Part shown: positions 62,814-64,000 of the stretch, piece by piece
Numbering within the stretch: the stretch's first letter is position 1
Layout of the letters: the number at the start of each line of letters is the position of its first letter
Notes under the pieces: generated by a model
Databases searched by the model: none
What the model saw: only the letters and a program-made list of their open reading frames with translations
What the model was told of the DNA's origin: nothing
Assembly: GCA_013265495.1 (NCBI GenBank)
Contig: MU058844.1
Location: forward strand, 1,680,941-1,744,940
From: Vicugna vicugna
Lineage: Eukaryota
Reading direction: 5' to 3'
DNA length: 64,000 bases
Position numbers and translations under genes: made by a program

Positions 62814-64000
62814 TAATACACAGACTAGGAAACTGGGCTCAGACAGGTCACAAAACTTTCCCCAAGTGACACTACCAGTGAGTGGGGGAGTCCAGACTCA
62901 AAAGTGGGGGTCTCTGATTCTTAACTCATGTGGTGTTTTGCGTCTTGGACAGTGACCTTAACTCTTATCTTAAATTTTAAAACTCTGGTTTAAATAAACT
63001 GGAAATTCAGATCAGTTTTGTTTACCCTGGAAACCTGACCACTGCTTACAACATTATATATATATGGCAAATATATTTCTATTTCTAAATCACATCATTA
63101 CTTTGGAATTTTTTTCCTGTCCTGGGACTACCTATAGATACATATACACTTACATATGAAGATAATTGTTCCTTTCTTCTACAAGCATTTAAACAATAGT
63201 ATTATCATTTAATCTATGATGACTAATTTGCACGAATGTGTAAACAGATGCATTTTTCAGTTAAAATTCAGTTTCCCTTGTGATCTCTCCACAGTGCCAA
63301 AAATTGCAGCACCCCCACCCTCCGTCTCCCCACTTCCCACCCGGCTGGAGACAGAAAGAGGTTGGCTCGCCAGCCAAACAGGAGACCAGATTTCTCCTGG
63401 GTGATTTGGGATGATCATAATATTTGCACAAAGCTCTGCTCTGCCTCATGTTAGTATAACTATAACTATACAGTTGACTGAGCATCTGGGACAGTGCAGG
63501 ATACAGAAAGATTTTCCCAGCCCTGGAAAAAAAAAAACAAAACAAGGAATGTGTCTGTATGAATGCTTATGTTTATGCCTCCTCTCCTCCATGTTTTCAC
63601 CCCTCGAATCTTTCCTCTCTGAGGGAGATCTGGATCCAGTCTGTTTGTTGAGAGTCTACTCATTATCTTGAGCTCTAAAACTCTAACCTTTTATATTTTA
63701 ATTCAAAAGGGAGCATTGTTCCAAATCATCCATTATTTTCAACAAGGGCAAAATAATACAGGCTGTCAAGGGCCCCCAAATACAGATAATTTATTGCTCA
63801 GAAATGCCAGGCTGAATGTGTTCTTCGGGAAAGCATTCTTCAAAACCAAGTATCAGGCACCACTGTGTAGGAATCAGACTGTAAATGATTAAAAACACGA
63901 TGGATCACTGGTCAGTCATTTGGTCTGTCTAGAATCATTACTCTTGGAAGAGAAGTTAAGAAGCTAGGAAAGGAAACCCTTTGAGGTCTGTTCCCTATAA

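Noticed and set aside
63362..63377. TTGGC...GCCAA as an NFI site
   Set aside because: Spacer is 6 nt rather than the canonical 5.
1..64000. A novel multi-gene biological system
   Set aside because: No supportable coding genes, tRNA/rRNA/snRNA, NUMT or non-retroviral viral insert recognised; the content is explained by old TEs plus putative regulatory DNA.

Overview
AT-rich, CpG-poor placental-mammal genomic DNA, either intergenic or deep intronic. It is largely ancient interspersed repeats: L1M/L1MA-MC, L2, MIR, MaLR MLT1, ERVL LTRs (MLT2, LTR16, MER74), an ERV1 MER41-like LTR, and hAT MER5/MER58. Several repeat-free, motif-dense blocks between them resemble developmental enhancers. I find no convincing protein-coding gene, RNA gene, CRISPR array or prokaryotic-type system. 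The listed ORFs are chance ORFs or decayed L1/ERVL remnants. I recognised no Alu, B1, SINEC, Bov-tA/CHR, PRE or ERE SINEs; together with a cetartiodactyl-type MER41-like LTR, this tentatively suggests a SINE-poor laurasiatherian such as a camelid (inference). The best leads are a TSD-bracketed L1 3' transduction (58572-59279), a candidate minus-strand spliced exon (13853-13998), POU/SOX and PBX-MEIS/CRE enhancer-like blocks, a few hairpins, and a foreign segment replacing a MIR core. Repeat family names come from recalled consensus sequences, not a database search, and repeat boundaries are approximate unless a TSD is quoted.
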